A DNA stretch of 64,000 nt, from the NCBI RefSeq assembly GCF_009914755.1, contig NC_060948.1. One strand, 5' to 3'. Shown piece after piece: positions 43,690 through 58,510 of this stretch. The stretch is from the human T2T-CHM13v2.0 reference genome, Homo sapiens. The notes beneath the pieces were generated by a model. The model was given only the letters and a program-made list of their open reading frames with translations. It did no database searches and had not been told where the DNA came from. Every line of letters starts with the position of its first letter. The stretch's first letter is position 1. Made by a program: the position numbers and the translations under genes.

Positions 43690-44737
43690 TGGTTGTCTCT
43701 TAAACAACATGGGTTTGAAATATATGGATCCAGTTATACGTTGATTTTTTTCAATGAATACTGTAAATTGTTTTGAAATTTCTGACAATTTGGAAAAACT
43801 TACAAACTGTGTAGCCCACAGAAATTGAAATTATTAAGAAAAAGGTATGTCATGAATACATAAAATAAATGTAGACACTAGTCTATTTTATCATTTACTA
43901 CCATAAATTATACACAAATCTTTAATAAAATATTAACATTGATCAAAATTTACACGCAGAAACACAGACCATACACAGCACCATTTGCAGTTGAGAGTGA
44001 TATAATCAAACATAAAGATGTAGTATTAAATTATAACTGCATAAGTTTAGTGTAGTAAACACTGTACTACTGTAATAATTTCATAGTCACCTCCTATTTC
44101 TACTACAGTGAGCTGAACTGTTGCAAGTATCTCCTTTAAACTCCCTGTGATGCTAATTATCTCCAAGTGAGCAGTTCTCTCTCTAGTAAATTGTGTATTG
44201 TAGTAAAAAGTGATCTTTCAGGTCTTGTGTGTATTTCATCATGTTTAGTGCAATACCATAAACCTTCAATAACACCATGGGAGCCATACGAAGTGCCAGT
44301 CGTCATGCTGGAAGTACTCCCAAAAAGCAGAGAAAAGTCATGCCATTACAGGAAAAACTTGAATTGCTTGCCATGTGCCATAGATTAAGGTTGGCAGCTG
44401 CATTGCCCGCCATTTCATACAACTGATTCATCTTGTAAACAGACAAGATAAACTTATAGTATCGACAAACACAATATAGTACTCTAAATGAATCTTCTCT
44501 TCGTTATGATTTTCTTAATAAGGTTTTCTTTTCTCTAGCTTACTTTATTATAAGAATACAGTAGGTAGTACATATAACATACAAAATGTGTTAATCGATT
44601 GTTTATGTTATCGGTAAGGCTTTCAGTCAACAGTAGGCTATTAGTAGTTACCTTTTGGGGGAGTCAAAAGTTATATGTGGATTTTCAGGTGTAAGAAGGG
44701 CTGGTTCCCCTTACCCTTGTTGTTCAAGGGTCAACTG
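43690..44737 (+). mobile_element. Tigger2b-type non-autonomous DNA transposon
   Basis: Right TIR 'ttgttcaagggtcaactg|TA'; degenerate left TIR 'ggttgtctcttaaacaacatgggtttgaa'; retains the transposase N-terminus (44277-44426). Confidence 0.88.
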
Positions 44738-47151
44738 TATATTGCCTATCTCTCAGGGTCTAGGGTTTATAGTCAATCATTTACAGGTAAGGGAAAAAAC
44801 ACAATTTACTCTATTACTGACATTCCCAAACCCCCTTTTCCTTTTTTAGCATGAAGACAAGGAATTATTTTCCCAACATTGGATGCATGGAACCACCTTG
44901 AATCTATGTAAAATAAATTTTTTTTTCAGAGCCCAAAGCATAGAAATAACTGCCTTCAGTTCCAAATGAACACCAAAGTTCATAATTTTAGACCTCGAGT
45001 GACTCTTCATCCAACATGAGAGATTGCTTTTTTATTTCATTCATGTGTAAGTAGCTTCTTAAGTTTAAATCATGCTTGCATCTATAATCAGGAATCTGAA
45101 AGTAATGTGCTCTAGGCTTTCATTCCTGAAAGCTGTCTGAAAATAAGTGAAAATCAAGGCGTTTGAAGGAAATCGAAATCTATTTATCTCGAATGGGCTT
45201 TGCATGCACAGGCATGTTTTCCAATCCATTGTTGGACTAGTAGCAACCAAATGATAACAAAAGGGTGAAAATGAACTCCTCTCTAATCTGCAAGTATCAG
45301 ATCAATAACACTTCATCTGTTAATGGAGCAGGTCTGAGTTTTCCAAACAGTGTGAAAATCACACTTACAATGAGTAACAAAAAGCAACTACTAGAAACAT
45401 TGTGCAGAAAATTTCCTTAAATGTATTTTGTTGGTAAAGCTAAGACTATACTACAATGAGGTCATTAATTTCTAGCCAGTATCATATAAATAAATACATG
45501 TATGGGTGTAGATAGATAGATATTGGGTGTGTGTGTGTTTCTAAAATATTTACAATAGTGATCACGATTTGACAGTTAATACCTACCTTCTCTATTTAAT
45601 ATCTAAGTTTTGCAGTAATTGATCTACTTTTATGCCGTTGGTGGTCATAGTAGCAAAGCTATAATCAATTAGAAATTCTCTTTTGAGATGTATTTTAAAT
45701 GTTTGTAGATGACACCTACCACAAGAGAACAGCTATAGCAATTATCTTAGTGATTTTGTTTGTGCTTATTATATAAATTACAAGGAAGGTATCTACCAAA
45801 ATTATCAAAATAGAAAAAAATAAAAAAAGGAAGTTGTCATATAAATATGTCAAAATTACATAATAACTATTATAAGAAAATAATTTGATTTATTCTTATG
45901 TTATATTTGACATGCATGGAAGATCCTTTTTCAAATTTAATCTGGAGGATTCACACACAAAATTATTCTGAAATAAGATGACTTCAAGGTCATAAAATTG
46001 AATCTTGAGATATTTTCAAGATATTTCAAGATTTTCATTGTAATGCTGAATAGTTAACATTTATTAAAGAAAACCAGAGGTAGTCCATGTTTCTGATAAC
46101 AAATATATAAAAATGTTTATTGCATATATGTGAAAAATATATTCAAAGTCTTTCATTAATAATTGATCATTCACATTATTTCAGCCTTGTAAATTTCAAA
46201 ACCCAAATCTGACAACATATGAAAACTTTTTCATTAAATTCAAGAATATATATATTTATAATTTTTTGTTAGGGCATTTTTGATTAACCTGTGAATCCAT
46301 TGATTTTTGCCACATATGCTGTAGTGGAAACTGTATGCTGCGCAGTTACTTGACCTCAAATTCACTCAAAGTTTTCAAAGTTTCTAAATATTTCTCACAC
46401 TTATGAGTCACGCAATGCATGGACAGCTTTTATCTCTTTGTAGCTGCATCTCTTTCAGTAAGAATTTTGAGCCAATTAATTCACAGCAAAGTGGGCAACA
46501 TAAGGTTTTTTTTTTAAGAAAATAGTCATAGTGTCTGAGGACTCAAACTCAGCCCTACCAAACAATTCATACAAGTTACTTTTTGATTCAGTTCCTTACA
46601 GCGCTGTCTTCTAGTTTTATATCTACACTGGAGGGGTTGACAGGCTCTAAATATTTGATGTCCCACTCCAAGTGACATCAGATTTCTCCAAAAATAAATG
46701 TAGATGTGAAGTATTTCTCAGCCTTCACACAGTGAATTTATACTACTTAAACTATGACATGTTTAATACATAGTAGAACCATTTGTGATCTTTATGTAGC
46801 TGAAAAGTTACTGGAGATAGCTGGAACACTGAGGCTGCATATATGGCCAGTGGAATGCAATTTTCAGTTTGTCTTGTAAGGTAGGAAATTTGCATTTGTT
46901 AATTGGCAAGCTCCCACCATGATCCAAGTCCAAGATCCCAGTGCCTTGTACTGCTAACATATTGATGAATTCCACAAGTTCTCTGGAAGCATCTAGCCCT
47001 GCGGCTTGCTTATAGCAGATAAGTAATAGTGAGTTCTTGCTCCCTTTGGTAAGTTAATAGACCTCTGGTTTCTGCCAATCCATTAGTTTTTCAGAGAAAG
47101 CACTACATTGTATCCATTAGCATCACAGGAAAAAAATGCTGACATTCATAG

Positions 47152-47470
47152 GTCATTCATTCAACACTGAATGTCCTGGATGTACTCATTGTTCTTGGTC
47201 TTGGGATACAGAGCTGAATAAGACAAGATCCTAGCTTGAGTAAAGTTCATAATCAATGAAGAAAGAAAGACATAATAATTTAAATATGTAATGCAACATG
47301 AACAAACTGTGTAATAGAGATATGTATTGATATGAGGGCCTACCTGATTACAGAGAAGAAAGTGAGTAAGTCTGTTTCAGTAATTTGAGTAGATTCCTAG
47401 GGATTAATTGGAGTAACCAGGTCTTGATTCCGGAAAGACCATCTTCAGGGTTTTCTAAAGATGTTAAATA
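47152..47470 (-). mobile_element. L2 3' end
   Basis: 'tcattcattcaaca...ttgggatacagagctgaataagacaagatcc' is the typical antisense L2 tail. Confidence 0.7.
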
Positions 47471-48615
47471 TGAATATGTGTATAAAAGATGGGGATTTAC
47501 TGTGGGCAAAATGAATACTGTATCTATATCCACCACTTACAGAGTGTTTATTATGTTTAAAGATCCATACTAAGAAATGCAGATAAAGTCCAACAGCTTT
47601 TAATTAGACATATTCTTAAACTCTACATTATATTGTCCCCTCTTACATATAAATTTCCATAGCTAATAAATAGAAATATTTTTGCCTATTCAGTTTGCTG
47701 AGAAGGATAGTGAGAGGGTTGGGGAGGTGTGGGTGTTGGGGATGGTTAATGCTTTAAATATGTTTTACAATGAAAACCCAATATTCACAAAATAAGTCAT
47801 AATTCAATTTTCTAAGACCTGTTCTCATGTTTAAATCACCTTTTCAAATAACACAATAAATTAAGCTGACAACCTTTCCACATAGAAGATTCTTATTCAA
47901 ATAACTGTCTTAAGTAAATGTTATATTAATTTCTTGTTTCTTAAGTAGACAGTTATTAAATTAGCTTCTGGTATTTTGGAGAGTTTAGGCTACACTCTGT
48001 ATTGATTAGCTTAATCCATGTTGGGATAGCAGAGTGCACACTTCGCAGCTGTGAACTGTCACAATGTTCCTTTTTTTAATTGAGTAATTTGAGCCTGGAG
48101 ACTGAGACAAGGCTATATAAAAACATGTACAAGCACATAATCCAATTCATGAGATTGCATACAAATAAAGTTCATTCTTTTCCAAATGTTGGAAGCATTT
48201 CACCACATAATACTGTTTCCTGCCTTGAATTATTGTTGGATTTAGACCCCACTACCTATCACTATCTATTAGAGCAAATTATATTCACTTACTGAGACAA
48301 TCACCCCTAATTTTATACAACATGACGTTGGTCTTCAGGTGGCAGAAATAGAAACACACAAGCCTGGAAAATGCTTGTAAATAACCAATAGGCAATCAAA
48401 TCAAATTGTTCATTTTTATTGCTAGCAATTACTCTGCGTAAGTGGCTGGGTCATGCTGGTTGGTGTCCTGAAGCTCAGGTATCAGAGAAAATGTTAAAGT
48501 ATATACCTTGCTTCTTCTCTATTTCTAACTACTGGTGGGCTGCTCAAAGCTATGGATTTGAATTTATTTACTTTTATGTGAAATTCAACATAAACTGAAT
48601 AAAAGATATGAAGAT

Positions 48616-51600
48616 AATATGGAAGCAAAAAAGAGCCTGAGTAGTCAAAGCCATTCTAAGCAAAAAGAACAAAACTGAAGGCATCACCTTACCTGACTTC
48701 AAACTATACTACAAAGCTACAGTAATGAAAACAGCATGATACCCATGCAAAAATAGACATAAAGACCAATGTAACAGACTACAGAACCCAGAAATAAAAC
48801 CACACACATACAAACATCTGATTTTTGACAAAGTGGACAAAAACAAGCCATGAATAAATAACTCCATATTCAATAAATGCTGCTAGGAAAACTGGCTATC
48901 CACATACAGAAGAATGAAATTAGACCCCCATCTGTCACTGTATACACAAATTAAATAAAAATAGATTAAATACTTAAATGTAAGACCTCAAATTATAAAA
49001 ATCTTGGAAGAAAATCTAGGAAATACCCTTCTTAACATTTGTCTTGGGAAAGAATTTACGACTAAGTCCTCTAAAGCAACTGCAACCTGTATTAGCCCAT
49101 TCTCGCATTGCTATAAAGAAATACCAAAGGCTGGGTAATTCATAAGGAAAAGAGATTTAATTGGCTTATGGTTCCTCTGGCTATACAGGAAGCATGATAC
49201 TGGCATCTGCTCACCTTCTGGGGAGTCCTCAGGAAATTTACCATCATGGTGGAAGGCCTAGGGAGAGCAGGCACATCACATGGCCAGAGCAGGAGCAAGA
49301 GAGAAGTGCCACACTTTTAAATAGCCAGATCTGACAAGAAGTTGCTCACTATTGTGAGGACAGAATCAAGGGGATGGTGCTAAATCATTTATGAGGGATC
49401 CAACCCCATGATCCAGTCACCTCCCACCAGGCCCCACCTCCAACACTGGGCATTACAATACAACATAAGATTTGGGTGCAGACACTTATCCAAACTATAT
49501 CATTCCACTCTTGGCCCCCTCAAATCTCATGTCCTTCTCACATTGCAAAATTCAATCATTCCTTCTCTATAGTCCCCCCAAATCTTATCTCATTTCAGCA
49601 TTAATTCCGAAGTCCAAAATCCCAATTCTCATCTAGAGATGTGTTTCTTCTGCCTATGATCCTAGAAAATCAAGCAAGTTATTTACTTCCAAAATACAAT
49701 GGAAAAACCAGCATTGGGTAAACATTCTCATTCCAAAAAAGAGAAATCGGCCAAAGAATGAAGCTACAGACCCCATACCATCAGGAGAGTCATTAAATCT
49801 TAAAAGCTACAAAATAGTCTCCTTTGACTTCATGTCCCACATCCAAGGCACAGTGGTGGGAAGGATGGGCTCCCAAGGCCTTGGGCAGCTCTGTCCCTGT
49901 GGCTTTCTGGTCTTTGGCCCCAACAGTTGGTCTCCTGGGCTGACACTGAATGCCTGCAGCTTTTCCAGGTGCACAGTATGAGCTCTCAGTGGATGACAGT
50001 GACCCTCTTCTCACAGCTCCACTAGGCAATGCCCCAGTAGGGACTCTGTGGGGGCTCCAACCCCGCATTTCTCCTCTGCACTGTTCTACTAGAGTTTCTC
50101 TGTTGAGGGCTCCATCCCTGCAGCAAGCTTCTGCTGGAGCACTCAGGCTTATTCATACATCCTCTGAAATCTAGGCAGAGGATCCCAAGCCTCAAGTCTT
50201 GACTCAGTGCACCCACAGGCTTAACACCACATGGAAGCCACCAAGGCTATGACTTGCATCTTCTGAAGCAGTGGTGTGAGCTGTATCTGAGGCCCTTAGA
50301 GCTGAGACTGGGAACAAAGCAACTGGGATGTGAGGAGTAGTGTCCCAAGGCTATGCAGGGCAGTGAGACCCTGGTCCTGGCACACAAAACCATTCTTTCC
50401 CCATAGGCCTCAGGGCCTGTGATGGGAGAGGCTACCTCAAAGGTCGCTGAAATGCCTCCGAGGCCTTTTCCACATTGTCTTGGAATCAACCCTTGGCTTT
50501 TTAGCTATACAAATCTCTCTGGCAAGTGGTTGCTCCACCACCTGCTTGAATTCCTCTCCCAAAAAAGCTTTTTCTTTTTCTGACACTTGGCTAATTTTTC
50601 AACATTTTATGCTCCGCTTCCCCATTAAGTATAAGTTCCAACTTATTTATTCACTCCCACATCTGAACATATGCTGTTAGGAGCAGGCACAGCACTTCTT
50701 GGACACTTGCTGCTAGAATTTTCTTCTGCCAGTTACTCTATATCATCATTCTCAAGTTCAAACTCCCACAGAACCGTAGGTCATGAATACAGTGCAGCCA
50801 AGTTCTTTGCTAAGACATAACAAAAGTGACATTGACTTCATTTCCCAATAAGGTCCTCATTTCCATCTGCGAACACAGCAGCCTGTACTTCATGGTCCAT
50901 ATCACTATCAGCGTTTTGATCACAACTATTTAACCAGTCTCTAAGAACTTCCAAACTTTCCTCATCTTCCTGTCTTCCTTGGAGCCCTCCCGACTCTTCA
51001 AACCTTCACCTGCTATTCAGTTCCAATGTCACTTCCACATTTTCAGGTAGCTTTATAGAAATACCCACTCCTTGGTACAAAAATACCAAATTTTTGTATT
51101 AGTCCATTCTCACATTTGTATAAAGAAATACCAGAGACTGGGTAATTTATCAAGAAAGGAGGTTTAATCGGCTCACACTTCTGCAGGCTACACAGTAACC
51201 ATGAGGTTGGCATCTATTCAGCTTTTGAGGAACCCTCAGGAAATTTACAATCATGGTGGAAGGTGAAGGGGGAGCAGGCACCTTACATGGCCAGGGCAGG
51301 AGCAAGTCAGGGGTGCCACACTTTTAAACAGCCAGATCTCATAAGAAGCCACTCACTATTGCAAGGACAACACCAATAGGATGGTACTAAACCATTCGTG
51401 AGTCGTCCAACTCCATGATCTAATTACCTCTCACCAGGCCCCACCTCCAACATTAGGCATTACAGTTCAACATGAGATTTGGGTGGGGACACATATCCAA
51501 ACTATATCACAACCAAAACCAAAATTGACAAGTGTGATCGAATTAAACTAAAGAGATTCTGCATAACAAAAGATAACTATCAACAGGATAAACAGACAAC

Positions 51601-52575
51601 CTATAGAATGGGAGAAAATATTCACAAACACAAATCCAACAAGGGACTAATATCCAGAATCTCTAAGGAACTTAAACAACTCAAGAAGCAAAAAACACAT
51701 AACTCCACTAAAAATAGGCAAAGGACATGAACAGAAAATTCTCAAAAGAAGATATACATGTGGTCAACAAGCATCTGATAAAATACTCAACGTCAGTAGT
51801 CATCAGATAGAAGCAAATCATAACCACAATAAAATATCATCTCACAAGAGTCAGTATAGCTTTTATTAAAAAGTTAAAAAATAATGGTTGCAGGGCTGCA
51901 GAGGAAAGGGAATGCTTATACACAACTAGGGGGAATGTAAGTTAGTTCAGCCACCGTGGAAAGCAGTTTCAAGGATTATCAAACAAACAAACAAACAACA
52001 AATGAAAAAAAGAAAACTACCATTCAACCTAGCAACCCCATTACTGAGTATAGACCCAAAGGAAAATAAATCATTTTACCAAAAAGACACATGCACTCAT
52101 ATGTTCATTGCACTGCTGTTCACAATGGCAAAGATGTGGAATCAACCTAGATGCCCATAAACAGTGGATTGGTTAAAGAAAATGTGGTACATATATCCCA
52201 TGGAATACTACGAATCCGTAAAAAAGGAACAAAATCATATCCTGTGCAGCAATGTGAATGCATTTGGAGGCCATTTTCCTAAGTGAACAAATACAGAAAC
52301 AGAATCCAAATACTGCATGTTCTCACTTATAAGTGGGAGGTAAACATTTATGGACATAAAGATGAGAATGATAGACACTAAAGTATTCAAAAGGAGGGAG
52401 TGAGGGAGGGGTGCAAGGGTTGAAAGAGTACCTATTGGGTCCTATGCTCACTAGCTGGGTGATGTGTTCATTCATACTCCAAACCTCAGCATCACACAAT
52501 ATACCTTGGTAGGAAACCTGCACATGTACCACCTGAATTTAAAATAAAAATAGAAAAAAATAAACTCAAAAAAGA
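48616..52575 (+). mobile_element. L1PA16/17-type 5'-truncated LINE-1, split by MSTA
   Basis: ORF2 'ctaagcaaaaagaacaaaactgaaggcatcaccttacctgacttcaaactatac'; 3' UTR 'aaacctcagcatcacacaatatacc...aaacctgcacatgtacc'; degenerate TSD aaaaga(ta)tatgaag. Confidence 0.9.
49088..51509 (-). mobile_element. Full-length MSTA (ERVL-MaLR): LTR-internal-LTR
   Basis: Two similar 415-bp LTRs (49088-49502, 51095-51509), both tgtattag...actatatca; about 1.6 kb MST-int between them; perfect 5-bp TSD caacc (49083-49087 / 51510-51514). Confidence 0.93.
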
Positions 52576-53704
52576 GAAAAGAATATATGAAGGTAGTTAA
52601 ATTATTCCATTTATCTTTTCTTGTAGATGATGAAATGATTTCTATTTTGTGCTCCCCAATTGCTAATATGAAACATTTTCCAAGAGAAATAGCTGACCAA
52701 ACATGAGAATATTTCTAATCAAATTAAGTGTTTTATATAATCAGAATCATGATGAAGACTGTTTGCTGAAGTTGGCTTGGGACTAAACACCATTATTTGA
52801 AACTCAAATAGCTGTCTCATTTTAAATGTGTAAGGGACAGCATTCAGGCAAAGTCCATTTTCAAAATGGGTTTGCACCAAAGCTGTTTGGAAGGCCAATC
52901 TTTAAGGTCAGATTCATTTTGGAAATTCCATCTGCCTTGTTTAGTGTTAGGTAGAATAGAACTTATAACAAATCAATTGAAGAATATTGGTATAAGCCTA
53001 TATAGTTCTACCATTTTAAAAATCAACCAAAAGCACTTAGAAATTCAGACTTGCTTTCAGAATAGCTTTACGGAGTCGGTTTTCACCTTACCCTGTGATA
53101 TGGTGGATAATATTACAGTAAAGAGTGGGGAAAAAAGGAGGTAATAATTGTTAAACCTGTAGTGGCATTTTAGGTTTTATTTCAGAATTACCCATATTGG
53201 ACATTATCATAAGGGAACACACATAAACTGTTTTATATAAAGCTATATATCTACGTGTATTTCTTTATGTGAAATGACTTTGCCTTTCAAGAAAAAGAGA
53301 ATCACATTAAATACAATTTTTAATTTTACCAAACTAGTTTTGAATTATCTAGTGGAAATTTTCAGTCTGTATTCAAAAAATACATTGTGCCTTTAGCAAT
53401 GACATTTAAAAATTATTTCTAATCAAGAAGCTTATGAAAATGATACTGCTAAATTTAATACCCACCTCAATAGCATTCAATGCTATTTTTGGACGTTCAA
53501 TTATACATTATATGTAAACTGAAGTGGGCCCTCTGTTGAGTCTGGACAATGTCTATATAACTGAGTGTTTACAAACTTAGCTAGATGAGAAAACTTTACT
53601 TTGTGTATTCTAGCCCTAAATTAGATTTTAAATTTCTTGAAAGCTGGTTGTACAAACGTTTTTTTTGTCTTGCCCCTGTCTTCTAAGTTCTTTGGGTCCT
53701 CAAG

Positions 53705-53959
53705 TTTTGGCACATTATTCTATGTATAGTAGGAACTCAGTAGATGAATAATTTGTGATTTACAGACTATGAAGCTAATGAATGATGATGTTTGAAGATC
53801 TTATCCATCTGGACCTTTCCTCATGCTAGGCACATTATTTTGGCCCGTTATTCTAGATATAGTAGGGACTCCATAAATGAATAATTTGTGACTTACAGAC
53901 TATGAGGCTAATGAATGATGATGTTTGAAGATTATATCCACCTGGACCTTTCCTCATGC
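53705..53959. repeat. 122-bp tandem duplication with 11-nt junction insert
   Basis: Copies at 53705-53826 and 53838-53959 differ at 13 positions by manual alignment. Confidence 0.93.
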
Positions 53960-56900
53960 CTGTAGAAGCAAATTAAAGTTATTATTTAATTAATAATTAG
54001 GCAGCACAAAGCAAGAAAATGTCATTAACTATTTTATAAGCTAATTAACAATGTGGCTGTTAACATTATTTTATCAAGGTCAGGTAGTAAGTCAAGACAG
54101 ATAGAGAAGCATAATCTGTATCTTCTGTCTCAGTCTGAGTTCTCCCTTGTAATAGGCTGCTTTTCTCCTCCACTTTCTGGAATAGATGAGGGGGATTTTG
54201 TTTAAACAACATTATATGTAGTGCTAACCACTTGTAAAAATAAAATCTTATCCCTTACATTTTCCATAGTTGTACTATAGAATTGCATCGTAGAAATGTT
54301 GTTGATCATAATAACTTTTATAGATTTCATAAATACATCAACAAGGCAGAGAAAATTAATGATGCTTGATAAAGAAATAAGATAAATTCATTTCTCAAGA
54401 ACATTTTGATTGTAAGCTACTCCTGTATTGTCTTTTAACATTAATGTCTATGCAATAAACTCAGTGGTGAATAAGAAATAAAGAAAAGGGCCAATGACAG
54501 AATTAATAGCACCAAGTAATAATTAATAATGTTGAATGGAAAGAAAATAAAATAATGAGGATAAATCTGATAAGAGTATTCAGGAATGTAACAGAGCACT
54601 GTCTACTATCGCTTCTAAAAGCAGGAATAGGGCTATTTCCTGCTATACAGTGTTGCTAGCTAATATGATGAATAGGTGGAAATGCTTGCCCTTCATCTTT
54701 CCTTTTTAAAAATATTCTTTCTCTGTTTCTTTTCCTTTTTTACCTAAATTTTTCAGATATTTCCAAATGTTTACTAGTTCTTTTCTACTTGTCTTGATTT
54801 TTGAGCTCTTTGAAGGAAAGAGAACTTATAAATCTTATTAATCAAACAAAAGAGAATATGAAGATACAATCATATAGCCTTAGTGAAAACAGAGCTGAAG
54901 AGTATACGAAGAACATTCCTTTTCAATTTGGTACGTGTTTTTTTACTGTTGTGTCTAGGTTACTTGCTTCTCAGAAACATGAAATAATTCAGCTATAGAC
55001 AGGGTACATAAACATATCATCTAACTCCCATTGGGTTAGATACAGGGAAGCTACTTTTATATAGAAGTAAATAATAATTAGCTTGAAAATAATACATTTG
55101 GAGGGATTACAAAGAACAACCACAGAGAAAATGACTTAGAATATGAAGCTTTATACTCTTTTTCCCACTGGCCCCAACTCTACACTAGAAATATTCTCAA
55201 CACAATCAGAATATTAGTAAATGTCTTAAACATTAAAAAATGAGTTTTAAAAAATTGTTTAAACAGATTTTATTAAATCCAGAATAATGTTAATTTTTAA
55301 TTTGTATTTGTTTTAATAACTGCAATAAGGTCAGAAGAAATCTCAAAACAATTGTTTTATAAAATAAGTTCATTGTCTTGATAGTTATTTTTTTTCCTCC
55401 CCGCATTATAGGAATTCATGAAGTTACGTCTGTCATCTTCATTTGTTATTTGAAGTTACTCTGCAAGTTACCTTAATAAACTCATTCATTATTTTTCAGA
55501 ATATGAAAACACAGGAGACATGGTATTGAAAGCTAATTAGACACCCCTGAGCACATATCAGAAACGTATCAAAGTTAGTACCTGTATTTTTTTTCTGATA
55601 AAAGTACTAACTTCTAATGTGTGAGTAGCTAACATAGCAAAAGAATCCTAATATATGAAACCTAAGGAGAAAATACATAGAAATCCAATTTTAAAGTAAA
55701 ATGTTGTTGTTTTGAATTTCCAATGATAGGTTTTAGATCTTCTTTTTCTTTACTTAAGTGAAGCAGCAAATATAGATGGGATGCTTGCATGTACATTAAC
55801 GACTGCCAATGCTATATTGGCAATGAATTCATCAACTCATATGACAGATTCAAGATTAAGTTCTTATGCCTTCCTTGACATTTTGAAGTAGACCATTTTT
55901 GTTGTGGAAGAAAGAGGAAAAGGAAAGGTCATAGAATTTTTATCAGTCAGTCTTATTGTCTTTTAAAATAGCAATGTCTGTTTAATGTCAGTGAACAATT
56001 CAGATGGGGATTTGTGGGTAATTTGTTGATGGAGAGCATTTTTGCTACATTTTACATCTCAAGGTGTATAATCCCTTAAACTTGGCAATAATAGAATACT
56101 CTATAACTTACTAGATGGATCCTCTGTGCAAGATGAGTTATTTCTGCTTCCAGTCATCCTCTTCCCATAATATAAATAAAACCTGCACAAGTCCAAAACC
56201 TTGAACTTTATCTTACCATCTTCTCAGAAAATAATACTTTGTATTAAAATTTTACAAGTGACACGTGGAATTATACTTTTAAGTGAAAACATATGTAGTA
56301 GACTACAATCAACATTTAATAATAAATGCCCGTGCATCTAGACTTTTTACCAAAATTAAGTATTGCAAAGAAATTTATTAGATTCTTTTACTTGACGTTC
56401 AATAATTCATTCTAGTCAAACGGGCCTATCCTAGTCCATCCTCATGGTGGCAGCCATAGATATTTAGTTATTATGTGAATAAATAATGCTTTAATTCACT
56501 GCTGTGTCATGGTCTCCAATATGTATTTTCTACGGTATTGAAACCTCAAAGAAGATGTCTTGTAGCATATTTTTCCCTAGAAAATGTATTACATGGTATC
56601 CACTAAGATCTAGTTATTTTCAGTTGGTTTCCTACTAATTTTCTGTTAATTGGTGGTAAAAAAAACTAAGGTTTATTAAATCACTTGTGAGTCATTCACT
56701 TGAATTATATACGTATATTATGTGACTTTTGTGCTAAAATAATCTTTTCTATGTTTTTAGATATGCTTAAAATTCTTTTATAACCTTAAGTATGTATTGA
56801 GTTGCAGCTACACTTTGATTTATAAAATATATTTTAAAATTATTTGCATATGTAGACATATTTGTGTATGTGTACAAGCTCAGACATAAACCATGTTACT

Positions 56901-58199
56901 ACTAGTTATAAATGTCAAATTAATCAATAATCATATAACTTATTCATTGACAAGTAACTCAATAAGTAATTTAAGAAATTATAGAATACTAGATGTCATT
57001 ATATATTCACATAGTTTGACTTAATGAAATGTTTGATGTGAAACATGGCATTAATAGTTCATAAAGAAGACTTTTTTTCTCCTTCAGATGCTCTTATAGT
57101 CTTCTAATTCAACAAAAATTTTGACAGAAGACAAAGAAGACAATAGTCTGGAGAAAATGAAGATTACTTGAAATCCTAATTCAAAATCTAAGAGGCTTCT
57201 GGGTAGAAATGAATTCTCTAAGTATGCCTGAGTGTTAAGGAAAGCAGCTGACCTTCAGAGACACTCTAAACCATTTATACGCAGGTTCATGTCATCAGCA
57301 TAGTTCATCACAACCTATTTCCATTCTTGCAGATGAGGGTCTTGGATTCCTAGGTGTCATGGCATCAAGTCTATATCCTCCATTATAACCTCATAGATAG
57401 TTTCTTCTGTTATAACTACATTGGAGCAAAGTATATTTAAAAACCCCTTTATTGTTCTTCCTTATTATCTATATTGTAGTATATACATAGTAGATTCCAC
57501 AGAAATAGCTGGGTCTTCAATTGACTTGCAAATCAATTTTTCTTATTTTCTCCAAGTAGCATAATTTTGCAATTTAATGCTATCTTTGAAGACAAATATC
57601 ATTTTTGTTTATGGACCATAGAGATTACATGAAAGAAAAGGACATTATACATCAGAGCCAGAGAGAAATTCAAAAAGAAAACAAGGGCTGATTTCAGTCA
57701 GTGTCCTGTTTTTACAGACACTGGAGCCACAAGCTTTCTAATTAGGGTGATTTATTATAGAACCCACTCCATTCCACCAAACTCTGGCATTTTTCTGTTC
57801 CTTTACACAACACTGTCACCTGGATTCCTAAAGCTGAAGCAAAACGGTTCCTGAAGTAATTGAATCAGCTTTGTTATTTTCAGCTCTGAGGACATCTGTT
57901 GGTGAAGTTCTGGACTACTAGCAACCAATGATCCAGCCCCGGGCTGGGTCAGAAAATCAAAATGAAACAAAAACAAAATATACAAATAAGTATTATATCT
58001 TGTAAGCCAAAGGCTGTGTTAAAGTAGTAAATGCCAGAGTAGGATTCTCATCCTGGTCTATCTGACTCCCCAAGCCCAGGATCTCAACCAATATGCTGTA
58101 CAGCTTTCTCTTTTGTAACCATCCAAAATCCAAGTTCAGGGATTGAGACCATTCATCTATGAGATGTTTTAATTCAGAGAAATCAAACATCAAAATTAT

Positions 58200-58510
<311 letters not shown>

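Noticed and set aside
53770-53960. Duplicated ATGATGA (C-box-like) suggesting tandem C/D snoRNAs
   Set aside because: No downstream CTGA D box or terminal stem within either unit.
54620-54644. Short bulged hairpin agcaggaatag-gg-ctatttcctgct
   Set aside because: An 11-bp imperfect stem is plausible by chance in 64 kb and has no supporting context.
57070-57210. Strong plus-strand acceptor (ttttttctccttcag|ATG) suggesting a coding exon
   Set aside because: All three frames hit stops within about 40 nt and the following donor is weak.
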